Source of the DNA: a virus
Lineage: Duplodnaviria; Caudoviricetes
Length of the DNA stretch: 64,000 bases
Strand: one strand, 5' to 3'
Virus record (IMG/VR): IMGVR_UViG_3300020399_000132
Span: 32,001 to 96,000 of that record
Part shown: positions 10,313-19,681 of the stretch, piece by piece
Numbering within the stretch: the stretch's first letter is position 1
Layout of the letters: the number at the start of each line of letters is the position of its first letter
Position numbers and translations under genes: made by a program
The notes under the pieces: generated by a model
Seen by the model: only the letters and a program-made list of their open reading frames with translations
Told to the model about the DNA's origin: nothing
The model's database searches: none

Positions 10313-11106
10313 TATTCTACATTAAAATCATCACTCGCGAAGCCGGCTTCCCAACCAAACTTTTTAATTTCAGTAGGATCAGCACAAGTCTCTTCGCTCT
10401 CGCCAGTTACATTTTTAAAATCAATTGAATCGATATCAAAATCTTTCGGTGAATGTTCTTTAGCAAAATCATAAACAGATTTTGGTGTTCCATATCCAAT
10501 ATCAAAAACCTTAGGAAATTTTTTCCATACAGGAGTTTCAGTCATTAGTAAATATATAGCTTTTACACAATCTTTTACATATAACCAATCTCTCGTATGA
10601 GTTGTTAAATAATTAATATTTCCTTCTTGTAATTGTCTATAAAACATATCAGGTCGCGATTGAGGTCCCCATACTGTGAAGAATCTCATTCCTATAGCAT
10701 TAGTTGGTGCCATTGCTTCACAGGCCCCTTTAGTCATTGCGTAAGGACTTTTCATATCTGAAACAGAAGAACTCGATGCATATAAGATTTTAGAATTTTT
10801 ATAAGTATCAAAAATACGTTTTGTTCCCTTAATATTTACTTCATAATATTCTTTTAAATATTTTGGATCCCAACTATTACGAACACCGGCTCTTGCGGCT
10901 AAATGAACTACAACTTTTGCATCGGTATGGGGTAGGGGGTCTGTAGTGATGTCACAATCAGAGTGAGGAACTTCGCGATCTTCCCAACCTAATCCGGAAC
11001 AATTATCAATACCATAAACATCATGGCCCTCTTCAGATAAAAAATTATATAAATGATGGCCAATAAATCCTTTGACACCTGTTATTAATATTTTCATTAT
11101 AACCAT
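10312..11106 (-). CDS. NAD-dependent nucleotide-sugar epimerase/dehydratase
   Basis: ITGVKGFIG, HLAARAGVR, ASSSSV, YAMTK, RFFTVWGP. Confidence 0.9.
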   Translation of the reverse strand: MVIMKILITGVKGFIGHHLYNFLSEEGHDVYGIDNCSGLGWEDREVPHSDCDITTDPLPHTDAKVVVHLAARAGVRNSWDPKYLKEYYEVNIKGTKRIFDTYKNSKILYASSSSVSDMKSPYAMTKGACEAMAPTNAIGMRFFTVWGPQSRPDMFYRQLQEGNINYLTTHTRDWLYVKDCVKAIYLLMTETPVWKKFPKVFDIGYGTPKSVYDFAKEHSPKDFDIDSIDFKNVTGESEETCADPTEIKKFGWEAGFASDDFNVE

Positions 11107-11741
11107 TCCTTTAATGTTGTTTCAAGTAATCGCCAATATTCAAAAGATTTCTCTTCAAAGATTTGAGGTTCTTCATTCTCAACTGCTATTACTATAACAA
11201 TATTATTTATTGGGATTTTGGTTCTTTCTTCAAACATTATTGAATAAGCAGTCGCCTGAAGAAAATATTCTTCAACCCATTCTCTTTTTTTATATTTTCC
11301 TGAAGTCTTCCAATCTAAAATTGCTTTTTGGCCTTTCCAATCGGCAACGCAATCGCAACGACCAGCAACTCCTAATTGTTTGCTCCATAACGGAATTTCA
11401 ATGCCGGCAATATTAGCAAGATTATTATCTAGGTGGGGTTTGATAGTATTGAACATCTCTTGAACATTTGGTTGAGAATCTTCAAAATAATTTTCTTTAT
11501 TTGAAATATAATTTTCTACAACTTTATGTACTTTTGTTCCACGACGAGTGGCTTGAGTTGTTATTTTGTTGGCTTCTTCTTCACCAATTCTAGCTCTCCA
11601 CTCTTTAAAGAATTGAGCTTTTTTTCTACCTAATACTGTTGTAATGGATGGAAATGATCCGTCGGGGGTTTGATAAACTCTGGATCCGTTTGTGGTGGTT
11701 GCATCTAATTCTTCAAATTCAAGTTCTACATGATCAAACAT
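11097..11741 (-). CDS. PD-(D/E)XK exonuclease (T4-like phage exonuclease)
   Basis: PSITTVL, RGTKVH, AGRCDCV...LDWKTS, YFLQATAY. Confidence 0.85.
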   Translation of the reverse strand: MFDHVELEFEELDATTTNGSRVYQTPDGSFPSITTVLGRKKAQFFKEWRARIGEEEANKITTQATRRGTKVHKVVENYISNKENYFEDSQPNVQEMFNTIKPHLDNNLANIAGIEIPLWSKQLGVAGRCDCVADWKGQKAILDWKTSGKYKKREWVEEYFLQATAYSIMFEERTKIPINNIVIVIAVENEEPQIFEEKSFEYWRLLETTLKEWL

Positions 11742-11997
11742 TCATCTTACTTCCCGGATAATTCCTTTTCATTTGTTTCAGATGATCTGTGAAAGCTTCA
11801 TCGGGTTTTTTTCGATGACCCTTAGCAGTTGTACCTGAAATATTATCATAAACAAACGTCGGGCATGCAACTTTCATTTTTATCTTCCCATTGCATTCAG
11901 GACATTGGCTTTCCAAAGGCTCATTCCTTCTTGCAATAGGAAGAATATCTTCAAATTCAAAATCACATTCCTCACATTCATAATCATATGTTGGCAT
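11734..11997 (-). CDS. FmdB-family zinc-ribbon protein
   Basis: MPTYDYECEEC...CPEC. Confidence 0.85.
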   Translation of the reverse strand: MPTYDYECEECDFEFEDILPIARRNEPLESQCPECNGKIKMKVACPTFVYDNISGTTAKGHRKKPDEAFTDHLKQMKRNYPGSKMNV

Positions 11998-12000
11998 AAT

Positions 12001-12618
12001 CTACCTATAAAATATATGCGTATCTATTTTTACTGTTTTTTTCTTATATTTTGCCCATCTAGGGTCATCGATATAATCAGCGTGATAATATGTTGCTCCA
12101 TCTGTTATATCTCTTAAATCTTCAGCATTTTTATAATAGTAATTTGCTAAATCTTGAACCTTATTCCAAGTTGGTCCTGGATATGGAGAATCATGTCTTC
12201 CGTCACAATACCAACTGAATTGGCATCGATCTCGTTTAGGAAAACCACTTGCGAAGTGTTTTCCTTCATAAACTACTTTGCAATAAGAATTAGGAAAATA
12301 CTTACTACTTACTCTATTATGAGTTACATGGGCAACCGCTAATTTTCCAGCCGTACTTTCTACAGCAGCTTCAAAATATATATTTAAAGCTAGACAAGCT
12401 ATTTCATCTTGTGCTGCAGATATTAGAGTAGACGGATCCATTAGTTGTGGGGCCACGCGCATTAAATTTTTCTTTTCAATAATTTCAGGAAGTATTTGAT
12501 GCTCAAAGCGAGGTATATTTATTTTCGCTGCATTAGCATCTGATTCCTGAATAATTATTTTTACTGGGTAAGTAATTACTACTACTACCGCCATAACAAA
12601 AACTATTAAAAATTTCAT
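12001..12618 (-). CDS. SleB-like cell wall hydrolase (Hydrolase_2) with N-terminal hydrophobic anchor
   Basis: CLALNIYFEA, CQFSWYCDG, GATYYHADY, HIFY. Confidence 0.88.
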   Translation of the reverse strand: MKFLIVFVMAVVVVITYPVKIIIQESDANAAKINIPRFEHQILPEIIEKKNLMRVAPQLMDPSTLISAAQDEIACLALNIYFEAAVESTAGKLAVAHVTHNRVSSKYFPNSYCKVVYEGKHFASGFPKRDRCQFSWYCDGRHDSPYPGPTWNKVQDLANYYYKNAEDLRDITDGATYYHADYIDDPRWAKYKKKTVKIDTHIFYR

Positions 12619-12673
12619 ATAATCCTTGATTAGAAGTTAGTAAATCACACTTCCATAATTATTATAATAAATT

Positions 12674-13138
12674 TTATGTATTGCTGTTGCTGGTTTTTTG
12701 CATAGGTGGTATAAGATGGGGAAAAGTCTCACTTACGAGCTTATAAGTTAAACCACGAATACCGAGATCTTTCTTCTTCATGTTCACAAGATACTCAGCT
12801 TCTCTTGGTGTAATACTCTCTAACATTGATATATACATTGTCTCTCTTCTAGCTGGTTCTATGGTATTTCCTGTGCAAAAAGTTACACCCCCCGGACCTT
12901 CAACAAAATATCTTAATTTGCGAATTTGTCCGTAAAGCAGTGTTGAACCCGGATCTTCTGCACCGGCGTTAAATGGAGGTCTTCCCTCAGGTAACAAAAA
13001 CTTTACATCTGGATGAAATGTATACCACAATAAGTTTTCCAAATGGTCAGTTTGATTTTGTTTGAGTAAGTCTCCTCTTTCTTTTTGACTCTTTGCTTTG
13101 TCAACCAATTCCAATAATTGCATTAATGATAAAGCCAT
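12674..13138 (-). CDS. Conserved T4-like phage hypothetical protein
   Basis: LPEGRPPF...RRETMYISMLE pattern typical of the gene next to rnh in marine T4-like phages. Confidence 0.6.
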   Translation of the reverse strand: MALSLMQLLELVDKAKSQKERGDLLKQNQTDHLENLLWYTFHPDVKFLLPEGRPPFNAGAEDPGSTLLYGQIRKLRYFVEGPGGVTFCTGNTIEPARRETMYISMLESITPREAEYLVNMKKKDLGIRGLTYKLVSETFPHLIPPMQKTSNSNT

Positions 13139-13140
13139 AA

Positions 13141-13998
13141 TTAAAACTCCTGTATCGATTCAGTCATATCTTTAAGTCGATGCTTAATAAAATAATTGAG
13201 CATTCTGTCGCGACCCAAATATTGGTCGCTTTCATACTTTGTTCTTATATTTATAGCGATCTTATCTGGTATACAGCCAAGATCTATTAAAACCTCATTG
13301 CGTTTAAAGTTCCTTAAAATCTCCCCTTCAAATGCCTTTTCCGGTACTATATTTAGCCAATCCATGATCTTCTTCTTCGACATTGGCTTCTGTCTTAATC
13401 CTTCTACCAAACAAGCGTCATTTGAAAGAATGTTAGGTATACCGTCACTTCTGTCTCCTTTTACTATCAAAGCACGCAATTGGCCAGCCGGATCTGGCTC
13501 TTTAATAAATTTTTTAGTTCGGGGCGACCATTGAAAAACATTAGGATATTTTTGCAATTGGATAAAATCTTTATCAGAAGAAACTATCAATATATTATAA
13601 TCTCTATGAGAATATTCTTTACAAATAACTCCGATAATATCATCTGCTTCACATCCTTCCAAAGTAACTACTCTGTAAGGCATATTTTCTGCTATTTCAT
13701 TTCGTATAAGATCCATACTATCAAATAGCACTTGCCAATCTACATTTTGTTTATTTTCTTCTCTTGCTTTCTTTCTATTGGCCTTATAAAAAGGATAAAT
13801 GTCTTTGCGCCAATTTTTTTTATTATCACAACAAAAAACAACTTCTTTTCCATACTTATTGCTAAATTTATTCTTGATCATTTTAATATTATTAAGAACC
13901 ATATGCCTCATCGTGGCATCTTCTTTACCTGGTTCAAATAGTTTACGGAATCCCATAAAATTAGCAATTACCATCTGGTTATAATCAATTAATATCAT
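13141..13998 (-). CDS. rnh: T4-type RNase H (5'-3' exonuclease)
   Basis: ILIDYNQ, WRKDIYPFYKANRK, EADDII, SSDKDFIQL, GDRSDGIPN. Confidence 0.92.
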   Translation of the reverse strand: MILIDYNQMVIANFMGFRKLFEPGKEDATMRHMVLNNIKMIKNKFSNKYGKEVVFCCDNKKNWRKDIYPFYKANRKKAREENKQNVDWQVLFDSMDLIRNEIAENMPYRVVTLEGCEADDIIGVICKEYSHRDYNILIVSSDKDFIQLQKYPNVFQWSPRTKKFIKEPDPAGQLRALIVKGDRSDGIPNILSNDACLVEGLRQKPMSKKKIMDWLNIVPEKAFEGEILRNFKRNEVLIDLGCIPDKIAINIRTKYESDQYLGRDRMLNYFIKHRLKDMTESIQEF

Positions 13999-13999
13999 A

Positions 14000-14770
14000 T
14001 TATTTTTTTCGTTTTTTAATTTTAATTTTCGGCCCCAGTTTTATTTTCTCTTTCTTCTTTTTTGTTGTGATTATTATTTCACATTCTTCTATCATCATAT
14101 CATAAAATTTAATTAATCTATTTTGTTGGTGGCCGCTCATATGGCTATATGCCTCTTTAAAATCTACATCTCCTGCTTTGGCTAATTTTATTTCACTGGC
14201 TAGATCTTCAATATGTGGTTTTAAATGTTTAGCAACCGGTTTTGAAACTTTATTACGTTCTAAAAACTGTTTGAAATTAAATTTCTTTTTAAATTCTTCT
14301 TCAACTTGTTCATCAATAACATCTTCTATATCATATTTTAATTTTTTCGCTGCATCTCGAATTCTTTGCTGAATATCTGGCTTTATTCTTTCCTTTGACT
14401 CTACTATTACTTTACGTTGCTTAGCAATCTCTTCTATCTTTTTTAATTTTTGAATAAAGAGCTCTTCATATTCTTCTGGTAAACTCTTTAATCCTCTTAT
14501 TTTCATTCGAGCAATATAACCAACATGATTTCCAACCTCGATTAAATCGGTAATTTTAAGTTTTCCGGGAGATTTACTTTTTACTTTATTTTTTTTATAA
14601 TATTCTTGAACAAAATTCATACTCTCTTTAAAATCAAAAAATTTATAATACCATCTAAAGGCTCCATGAATTTCAGATTTTAATTCTTCGTCCGGTAAAC
14701 TATCCCAATCAATTGGATCCGGTTCGTCTCCCATATATTTTGCATTAATACTTCTTTTTGAAAAAGCCAT
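14000..14770 (-). CDS. Hypothetical protein
   Basis: 256-aa ORF abutting both neighbours. Confidence 0.6.
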   Translation of the reverse strand: MAFSKRSINAKYMGDEPDPIDWDSLPDEELKSEIHGAFRWYYKFFDFKESMNFVQEYYKKNKVKSKSPGKLKITDLIEVGNHVGYIARMKIRGLKSLPEEYEELFIQKLKKIEEIAKQRKVIVESKERIKPDIQQRIRDAAKKLKYDIEDVIDEQVEEEFKKKFNFKQFLERNKVSKPVAKHLKPHIEDLASEIKLAKAGDVDFKEAYSHMSGHQQNRLIKFYDMMIEECEIIITTKKKKEKIKLGPKIKIKKRKK

Positions 14771-15460
14771 TTAACTACTTTCATACTCTCCGAGTGTTAC
14801 GTTATATAATTCTTTTAGCTCACACATTATATAATGTAATATAACAGACATAATTCCTTCACATTTTTCCATATGATTTAAATTAATATGTATATAATTT
14901 GAGAGTTCATCTTTCAAAATTCCTCCATCATATCCCAAAATGCCGTAAGTTGCTAGCCCGTTTAAATGTGCCCATTCAACGGCCTCTATAAGATTTTTAC
15001 TATTACCACTGCCACTGAGTACTAATAATCCATCACCTTTATTAGCATAAGCTACAAGTTGATGCTTAAATATATTATCGTAAGAATCATCGTTAGATGT
15101 AGCAGTAATGAAACCGATATCGTTACAAAGAGATATAGCTTTGATTCTAGGTCTTGAAATTCCATTTTCAATTGTCCCTTTAGTTAAATCTTGTGCGAAA
15201 TGATTGGAATTACATGCACTTCCTCCATTTCCGCATATAAAAAATTGGTTTTCATTTATATATATGTTCCAAATGCCCTTTAATAGTTCATCAAGTTGAC
15301 TTTCCGAAACTAAATGCAGAGAATTACTTATAGAAGTAACATGTGATCTCCATCCGGATGTATCCTTTAATAATTCTATTTCTGAATTTGCTTTCATTTC
15401 AGGCATACTTTCTGATAAAGTGTTATCTGACCATTTTACTGATATATTTTTATTTTTCAT
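14771..15460 (-). CDS. gmhA: Phosphoheptose isomerase (SIS domain)
   Basis: CGNGGSACNSNHFAQDL, TATSNDDSY, LSGSGNSKN, GYDGG. Confidence 0.85.
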   Translation of the reverse strand: MKNKNISVKWSDNTLSESMPEMKANSEIELLKDTSGWRSHVTSISNSLHLVSESQLDELLKGIWNIYINENQFFICGNGGSACNSNHFAQDLTKGTIENGISRPRIKAISLCNDIGFITATSNDDSYDNIFKHQLVAYANKGDGLLVLSGSGNSKNLIEAVEWAHLNGLATYGILGYDGGILKDELSNYIHINLNHMEKCEGIMSVILHYIMCELKELYNVTLGEYESS

Positions 15461-15543
15461 AGCGCCACACTTTGCATATAACCAGCATAAATCATGATCC
15501 CAATCAGAAAGAGTGTGATAAAAAGGACAATATAATCATTCAT
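15457..15543 (-). CDS. Possible 28-aa single-TM peptide (not in the ORF track)
   Basis: MNDYIVLFITLFLIGIMIYAGYMQSVAL; spans the gap and overlaps both neighbours. Confidence 0.4.
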   Translation of the reverse strand: MNDYIVLFITLFLIGIMIYAGYMQSVAL

Positions 15544-16495
15544 TGTAAAACACTATTCTTGTTCCCTGATTATCAAATCCGACATCAAATGTATCTAAAG
15601 TTCTATTTTTCATATGTATCTCTTTAGCATGATCCGTCATGAAAAGTATATATCCTCCACCGCCAGCTCCACATATTTTACATCCTGTTGCCCAAGAAAT
15701 AGAATTTTGCATAATAGCATTAATTGCATCATTAGTAATTCCTTTAGCAAGAGTATTTTTAATTTGCATGGATTCTGTCATGAGTATACCAAAATCATCG
15801 TACTGTCTATCCTCAAATGCGTCTAAACCCTTAGTACAAAGGTCATATATTTTATTATATTTTTTTAATTTTTTTTCAATAGTATTTTTCTGAGAAGTAA
15901 GAATTGAAGATGATTGTCTATGCTGACCAGTATTAACCAGAACAAACTTTCTTTCAAACTCTGCATCATATTGTAATTCTTCAATTTCTACACTACTATC
16001 TTTAAAAAACCGAAAGTGGTTAAAACCGCCGTAACTAACCGCAAATTGATCTTGTTTGCCAATCGGCTTATCTAAGATTTCAAGCTCAATATGACATGCT
16101 AGATGAGCTATATCGACCTGATTCATTGGCTCTCCGATCCAAGTACTTATAGCATTTATTAATCCAACCAGAATACTTGAAGAGGAAGCTAAGCCAGATC
16201 CCTCAGAAGGGATGTCTGCTAATGTTGTAATTTCGAGTCCGGGACTTACATTAAAATGTCTGAGAACTTCGCGAATATATTCATGCTCGATTTCTTCAAC
16301 ATAACTGACATTTTCTTTTTTAGTATAATTACAAACAAATTGATCTCGATATAATCTATTTAATATAACATAAGTAGATTTATCGATAGCAGCACTTATG
16401 ACTTGACCGCCATTGGGTGATGTAATATAATATTCTGGAATATCGGTTCCGCCCCCGAAAAAACTAATCCGTAGGGGTGTTTGACATACTAACAA
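15536..16495 (-). CDS. hddA: GHMP kinase, D-glycero-D-manno-heptose-7-phosphate kinase-like
   Basis: PLRISFFGGGTD, GSGLASSS, GKQDQ, GAGGGG; adjacent to gmhA. Confidence 0.85.
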   Translation of the reverse strand: MLVCQTPLRISFFGGGTDIPEYYITSPNGGQVISAAIDKSTYVILNRLYRDQFVCNYTKKENVSYVEEIEHEYIREVLRHFNVSPGLEITTLADIPSEGSGLASSSSILVGLINAISTWIGEPMNQVDIAHLACHIELEILDKPIGKQDQFAVSYGGFNHFRFFKDSSVEIEELQYDAEFERKFVLVNTGQHRQSSSILTSQKNTIEKKLKKYNKIYDLCTKGLDAFEDRQYDDFGILMTESMQIKNTLAKGITNDAINAIMQNSISWATGCKICGAGGGGYILFMTDHAKEIHMKNRTLDTFDVGFDNQGTRIVFYNE

Positions 16496-16883
16496 TTCTT
16501 TTCTTCAGTTCGGTAGATGAATAAGGATGAAATCTCTTGCAATAATATAGTTCAATATTTTTTAAGATACATGTATTATAACCTGTTATGAATTTTTTGT
16601 CACGTAAATAATCATCACCTAAAAATCTAATATTAATTTCTATTGTTTTTAATATATTTTTAAGATCTTTTTCTGATTCATAAGGAATAATTTCATCAAC
16701 ATATTTACATCCTTTTAATTGTATGAATCGTTCAAAGACTGACTGTACTAAATCTTTTTTGTGAGCGGGACTAGTGTGAAGACCAACAATTAAATAATCA
16801 CAATTTTTCCTCGCTTCTTCTAACATTACAATATGCCCTGCATGTAATAAATCAAAAGCGGATGCTGCAAATCCTTTTTTCAT
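16464..16883 (-). CDS. Cytidylyltransferase-family nucleotidyltransferase (TagD/HldC-like)
   Basis: FDLLHAGH (HxGH), ERFIQL, SSTELKKRI. Confidence 0.85.
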   Translation of the reverse strand: MKKGFAASAFDLLHAGHIVMLEEARKNCDYLIVGLHTSPAHKKDLVQSVFERFIQLKGCKYVDEIIPYESEKDLKNILKTIEINIRFLGDDYLRDKKFITGYNTCILKNIELYYCKRFHPYSSTELKKRIVSMSNTPTD

Positions 16884-17893
16884 AAGACCGTTGCTATTCT
16901 TTCGGCATCTAATTGTTCTTCGAGTTCATCTTCAATATCCATTAATTCAAACATCTCTATCCATTTAGGAGCTCTATAATCCCAACTATAATATTTGTCC
17001 GCATGTTTTTTAGCTCGATCTATAATATCCTGAGTTTCATCGTTCCAATATGTATCCATTAATTTATCTATTTCATCAGCAAATCTATAACAATGTTCTA
17101 TTTCATCTTTAATATAAGGATACATAAATGCATGATCAGAACAAGTCTCTGGTAACGCTCCTAAACTATTTGTAAGCATTAATGTTCTGGAAGACATTGC
17201 TTCCATAGCAGTTCTACAAGAAGTTTCTTCCCATATACATGGATAAGCCCAAATATGCATATCTTTCCATTCTTCTCTTAAAGGCCTTCCTTTAACAATT
17301 TTATGTAAGGTCATATTAGGATTTTTTTCAATATGATCAAATAATTCTCCGAATGGTTGATCGTTTTCTTTCCACCCATAAATTTGAAAACTTGAATATA
17401 CATGTAAATGCCAATCATCTCTTTCGAGTTCATGTAAGGCATTACATAATACATGTAAACCTCTTTGAGGTGTAGAAGCATAAATTAAATTTATTTTGTC
17501 TTCTCTAGGTTTTTCATAATGTTCAAATGGAAATATTGCTGTTTTTTGAACTTCACAACGATCCATTGGTAAATCATATATTTCTAGAAAAGTATGCATT
17601 TGCCAATAACTCGAAAATATTAATTTCTCAAATTCTTTTGCACCATCTTTATTTTTTAAAAAATCATGACATGGATCTTTTGCTAAATCATGAAACCACC
17701 AAATTCTGGGCAAAATGGTTTGAATATTTTCTGGGTATAATCTCGAAATTATCCATTGATAATCTGTTTTATATTTTTTAGGTAAATGTGACCATAATTC
17801 TAAGGTTGTTAATTCTGTTCCCCCAAAAGAATTCTTGGCTGCATTTTTTTCACCTCTTTGAGGTATTGATTTATCTTTATAAATGTCTTTCAT
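16880..17893 (-). CDS. GT-B (GT4-like) glycosyltransferase
   Basis: GGTE, YASTPQRGL, YPCIWEETSCRTAMEAM, GALPET. Confidence 0.8.
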   Translation of the reverse strand: MKDIYKDKSIPQRGEKNAAKNSFGGTELTTLELWSHLPKKYKTDYQWIISRLYPENIQTILPRIWWFHDLAKDPCHDFLKNKDGAKEFEKLIFSSYWQMHTFLEIYDLPMDRCEVQKTAIFPFEHYEKPREDKINLIYASTPQRGLHVLCNALHELERDDWHLHVYSSFQIYGWKENDQPFGELFDHIEKNPNMTLHKIVKGRPLREEWKDMHIWAYPCIWEETSCRTAMEAMSSRTLMLTNSLGALPETCSDHAFMYPYIKDEIEHCYRFADEIDKLMDTYWNDETQDIIDRAKKHADKYYSWDYRAPKWIEMFELMDIEDELEEQLDAERIATVL

Positions 17894-18753
17894 ACTTCGA
17901 TCTTGAATATCCTAGGGCTATTTAAAATATGTTCTTTTAATTCTTTATGGAAATTTATATTTGCTTCTCTACATTCTCCTAAAGAACTTTTATACTGCCT
18001 TTGTTCTCTATCTTGAATAGTTTTCCACCAATCGGTTGTGGGGCAATATAAAGGTTTATGTTTTAAACCATAAAATTTAGAACACCAAGGAAAAACTACA
18101 ACAACCTTTCCTAAAAGTGTTGCCCAATAAGCACCGTGATAAGAATTTGTAACAACAATATCTCCACTTGCGATAAATTCTATTGTTTCTTCAAAATTGA
18201 TTTCATTGTTCATTTTATGGGGATAATCCCAAGTTTCCGGAGGCATACCATGAATAACATTCATTGGGAGTGAAGCATGAGTAAAAAATACAATATCATA
18301 TTTGACTTCATATTCTTTATCAAAAGCTTCATGCATACAACTCGCGCAGGGAACCCATCTTGCAGCTGGTATTGATTGATATATATGTGGATGATGATCA
18401 CGTAAGCCCAATAAATCAAATGATCTTATATAACCTGGATAAGTTATATTCATTGGTGGAATACATTGTACTTGTTCATCTAAACAAATATACATATGTT
18501 CACCAAGGCCCCATCCATATATTCTATAATTAGTATTTTTTTGATGTCTCAGAACATGAGACATTGGTCTCATTTGGCCTATGAGTCCTCCGCCACCGTA
18601 AATGACATTTTCATGAGGTGGTGTATAATCATGATCTAATTTAAAGATGTCTTTTTGATTTCCAGGTAGATCAAAATATTTTGTAGGAGTACTATATGAA
18701 TCGCCTATGTTAGTTTCATCTGTCCTAAATATATTAGTAAACTGTAATTTCAT
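17890..18753 (-). CDS. Polysaccharide pyruvyl-transferase-like protein
   Basis: NIGD, YGGGGL, WGLG, GLRD, TNSYHGAYWATLLGK. Confidence 0.7.
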   Translation of the reverse strand: MKLQFTNIFRTDETNIGDSYSTPTKYFDLPGNQKDIFKLDHDYTPPHENVIYGGGGLIGQMRPMSHVLRHQKNTNYRIYGWGLGEHMYICLDEQVQCIPPMNITYPGYIRSFDLLGLRDHHPHIYQSIPAARWVPCASCMHEAFDKEYEVKYDIVFFTHASLPMNVIHGMPPETWDYPHKMNNEINFEETIEFIASGDIVVTNSYHGAYWATLLGKVVVVFPWCSKFYGLKHKPLYCPTTDWWKTIQDREQRQYKSSLGECREANINFHKELKEHILNSPRIFKIEV

Positions 18754-18768
18754 AGAAAAGGTATTAAC

Positions 18769-19152
18769 ATGGATTTAAATGATTTTGGTTTTAGCACAGT
18801 CAGTGAACAAGAATTTACTTCGGCTGCAAAAGAACCTGAAGAGAAAGTAGTTACTGCTGCGGTCGAAAAAGCCAAAGCCGGACAAATTAAAGAAGTTGAA
18901 GGAACTGTAAATAAAATTTGGAGTTTGTTGGATTATCATTATGAAGATATTGATAAGCATAAAGAAAAATTAAATAAAGAATATGAACGACAGATGAAAG
19001 AGGTTGAAAATTTAATCGTTCCTTTGTTAAATAATTTGGCAAAATCTTCCACTAATGAATACATATATTGGCCAGGAAGACGAGAGATTCTAGAAACACA
19101 AATTGAGAAAATTACTGCACATACTCGAGACATTAATATATTCACTGAGTAA
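18769..19152 (+). CDS. Conserved T4-like hypothetical protein
   Basis: DFGFS N-terminus and PLLNNL...YIYWPGR C-terminus; AAAGG SD; one of only two convincing plus-strand CDS. Confidence 0.7.
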   Translation: MDLNDFGFSTVSEQEFTSAAKEPEEKVVTAAVEKAKAGQIKEVEGTVNKIWSLLDYHYEDIDKHKEKLNKEYERQMKEVENLIVPLLNNLAKSSTNEYIYWPGRREILETQIEKITAHTRDINIFTE

Positions 19153-19681
19153 CTCCATATTTACAAAGGAAGTAAGAATCAATAATATCGGTTGCAGGGT
19201 TGCCAGTTTCTTGAACTAATTCAAAATTATTCGACTCTGCCTTCCAAGCTTCTAACATAGCTTCTTTATTAGAATTTCCCTTACCTGTTGCGAACTTCTT
19301 AATAACAGTTGGAGGAACTGTTTCATAGCGGAAACCATTCTGTTTTAATTTTAATTTTAAAATACCAACATTTTCCGCGATGTTAAAAACTCTACCAGTA
19401 GACCCATAAGAATAATCTTCTAATATAACTTTCTCAGCTCTACCATTATGCCAGCGTAATGCTTCTATGGTCCAATCTGCTAAAAAGTTATACTTATCTA
19501 TAAATGTTAAATCTTTTGGTAGTTTATAACAATTTACATTTTGAAGGGCGGACCACCGAGGCCTCCACTTATCCAAAGCAAAAAAACTAAAATTACAATC
19601 AATAGGATTAATTGTTCCATCTTTTTTAAATATACAAATACATGGGCTGGTTGTAGAATAATCTATTCCTGCGCAAATCAA
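19142..19681 (-). CDS. RuvC-like Holliday junction resolvase
   Basis: GIDYS, ILEDYSYGS, PPTVIKKFATGKGNSNKE, DIIDSY. Confidence 0.82.
   Translation of the reverse strand: MICAGIDYSTTSPCICIFKKDGTINPIDCNFSFFALDKWRPRWSALQNVNCYKLPKDLTFIDKYNFLADWTIEALRWHNGRAEKVILEDYSYGSTGRVFNIAENVGILKLKLKQNGFRYETVPPTVIKKFATGKGNSNKEAMLEAWKAESNNFELVQETGNPATDIIDSYFLCKYGVTQ

Noticed and set aside
11097-11741. Cas4-like nuclease suggesting a CRISPR system
   Set aside because: No repeat-spacer array or other cas genes were seen, and it lacks the four-Cys Fe-S pattern; it is an ordinary phage exonuclease.
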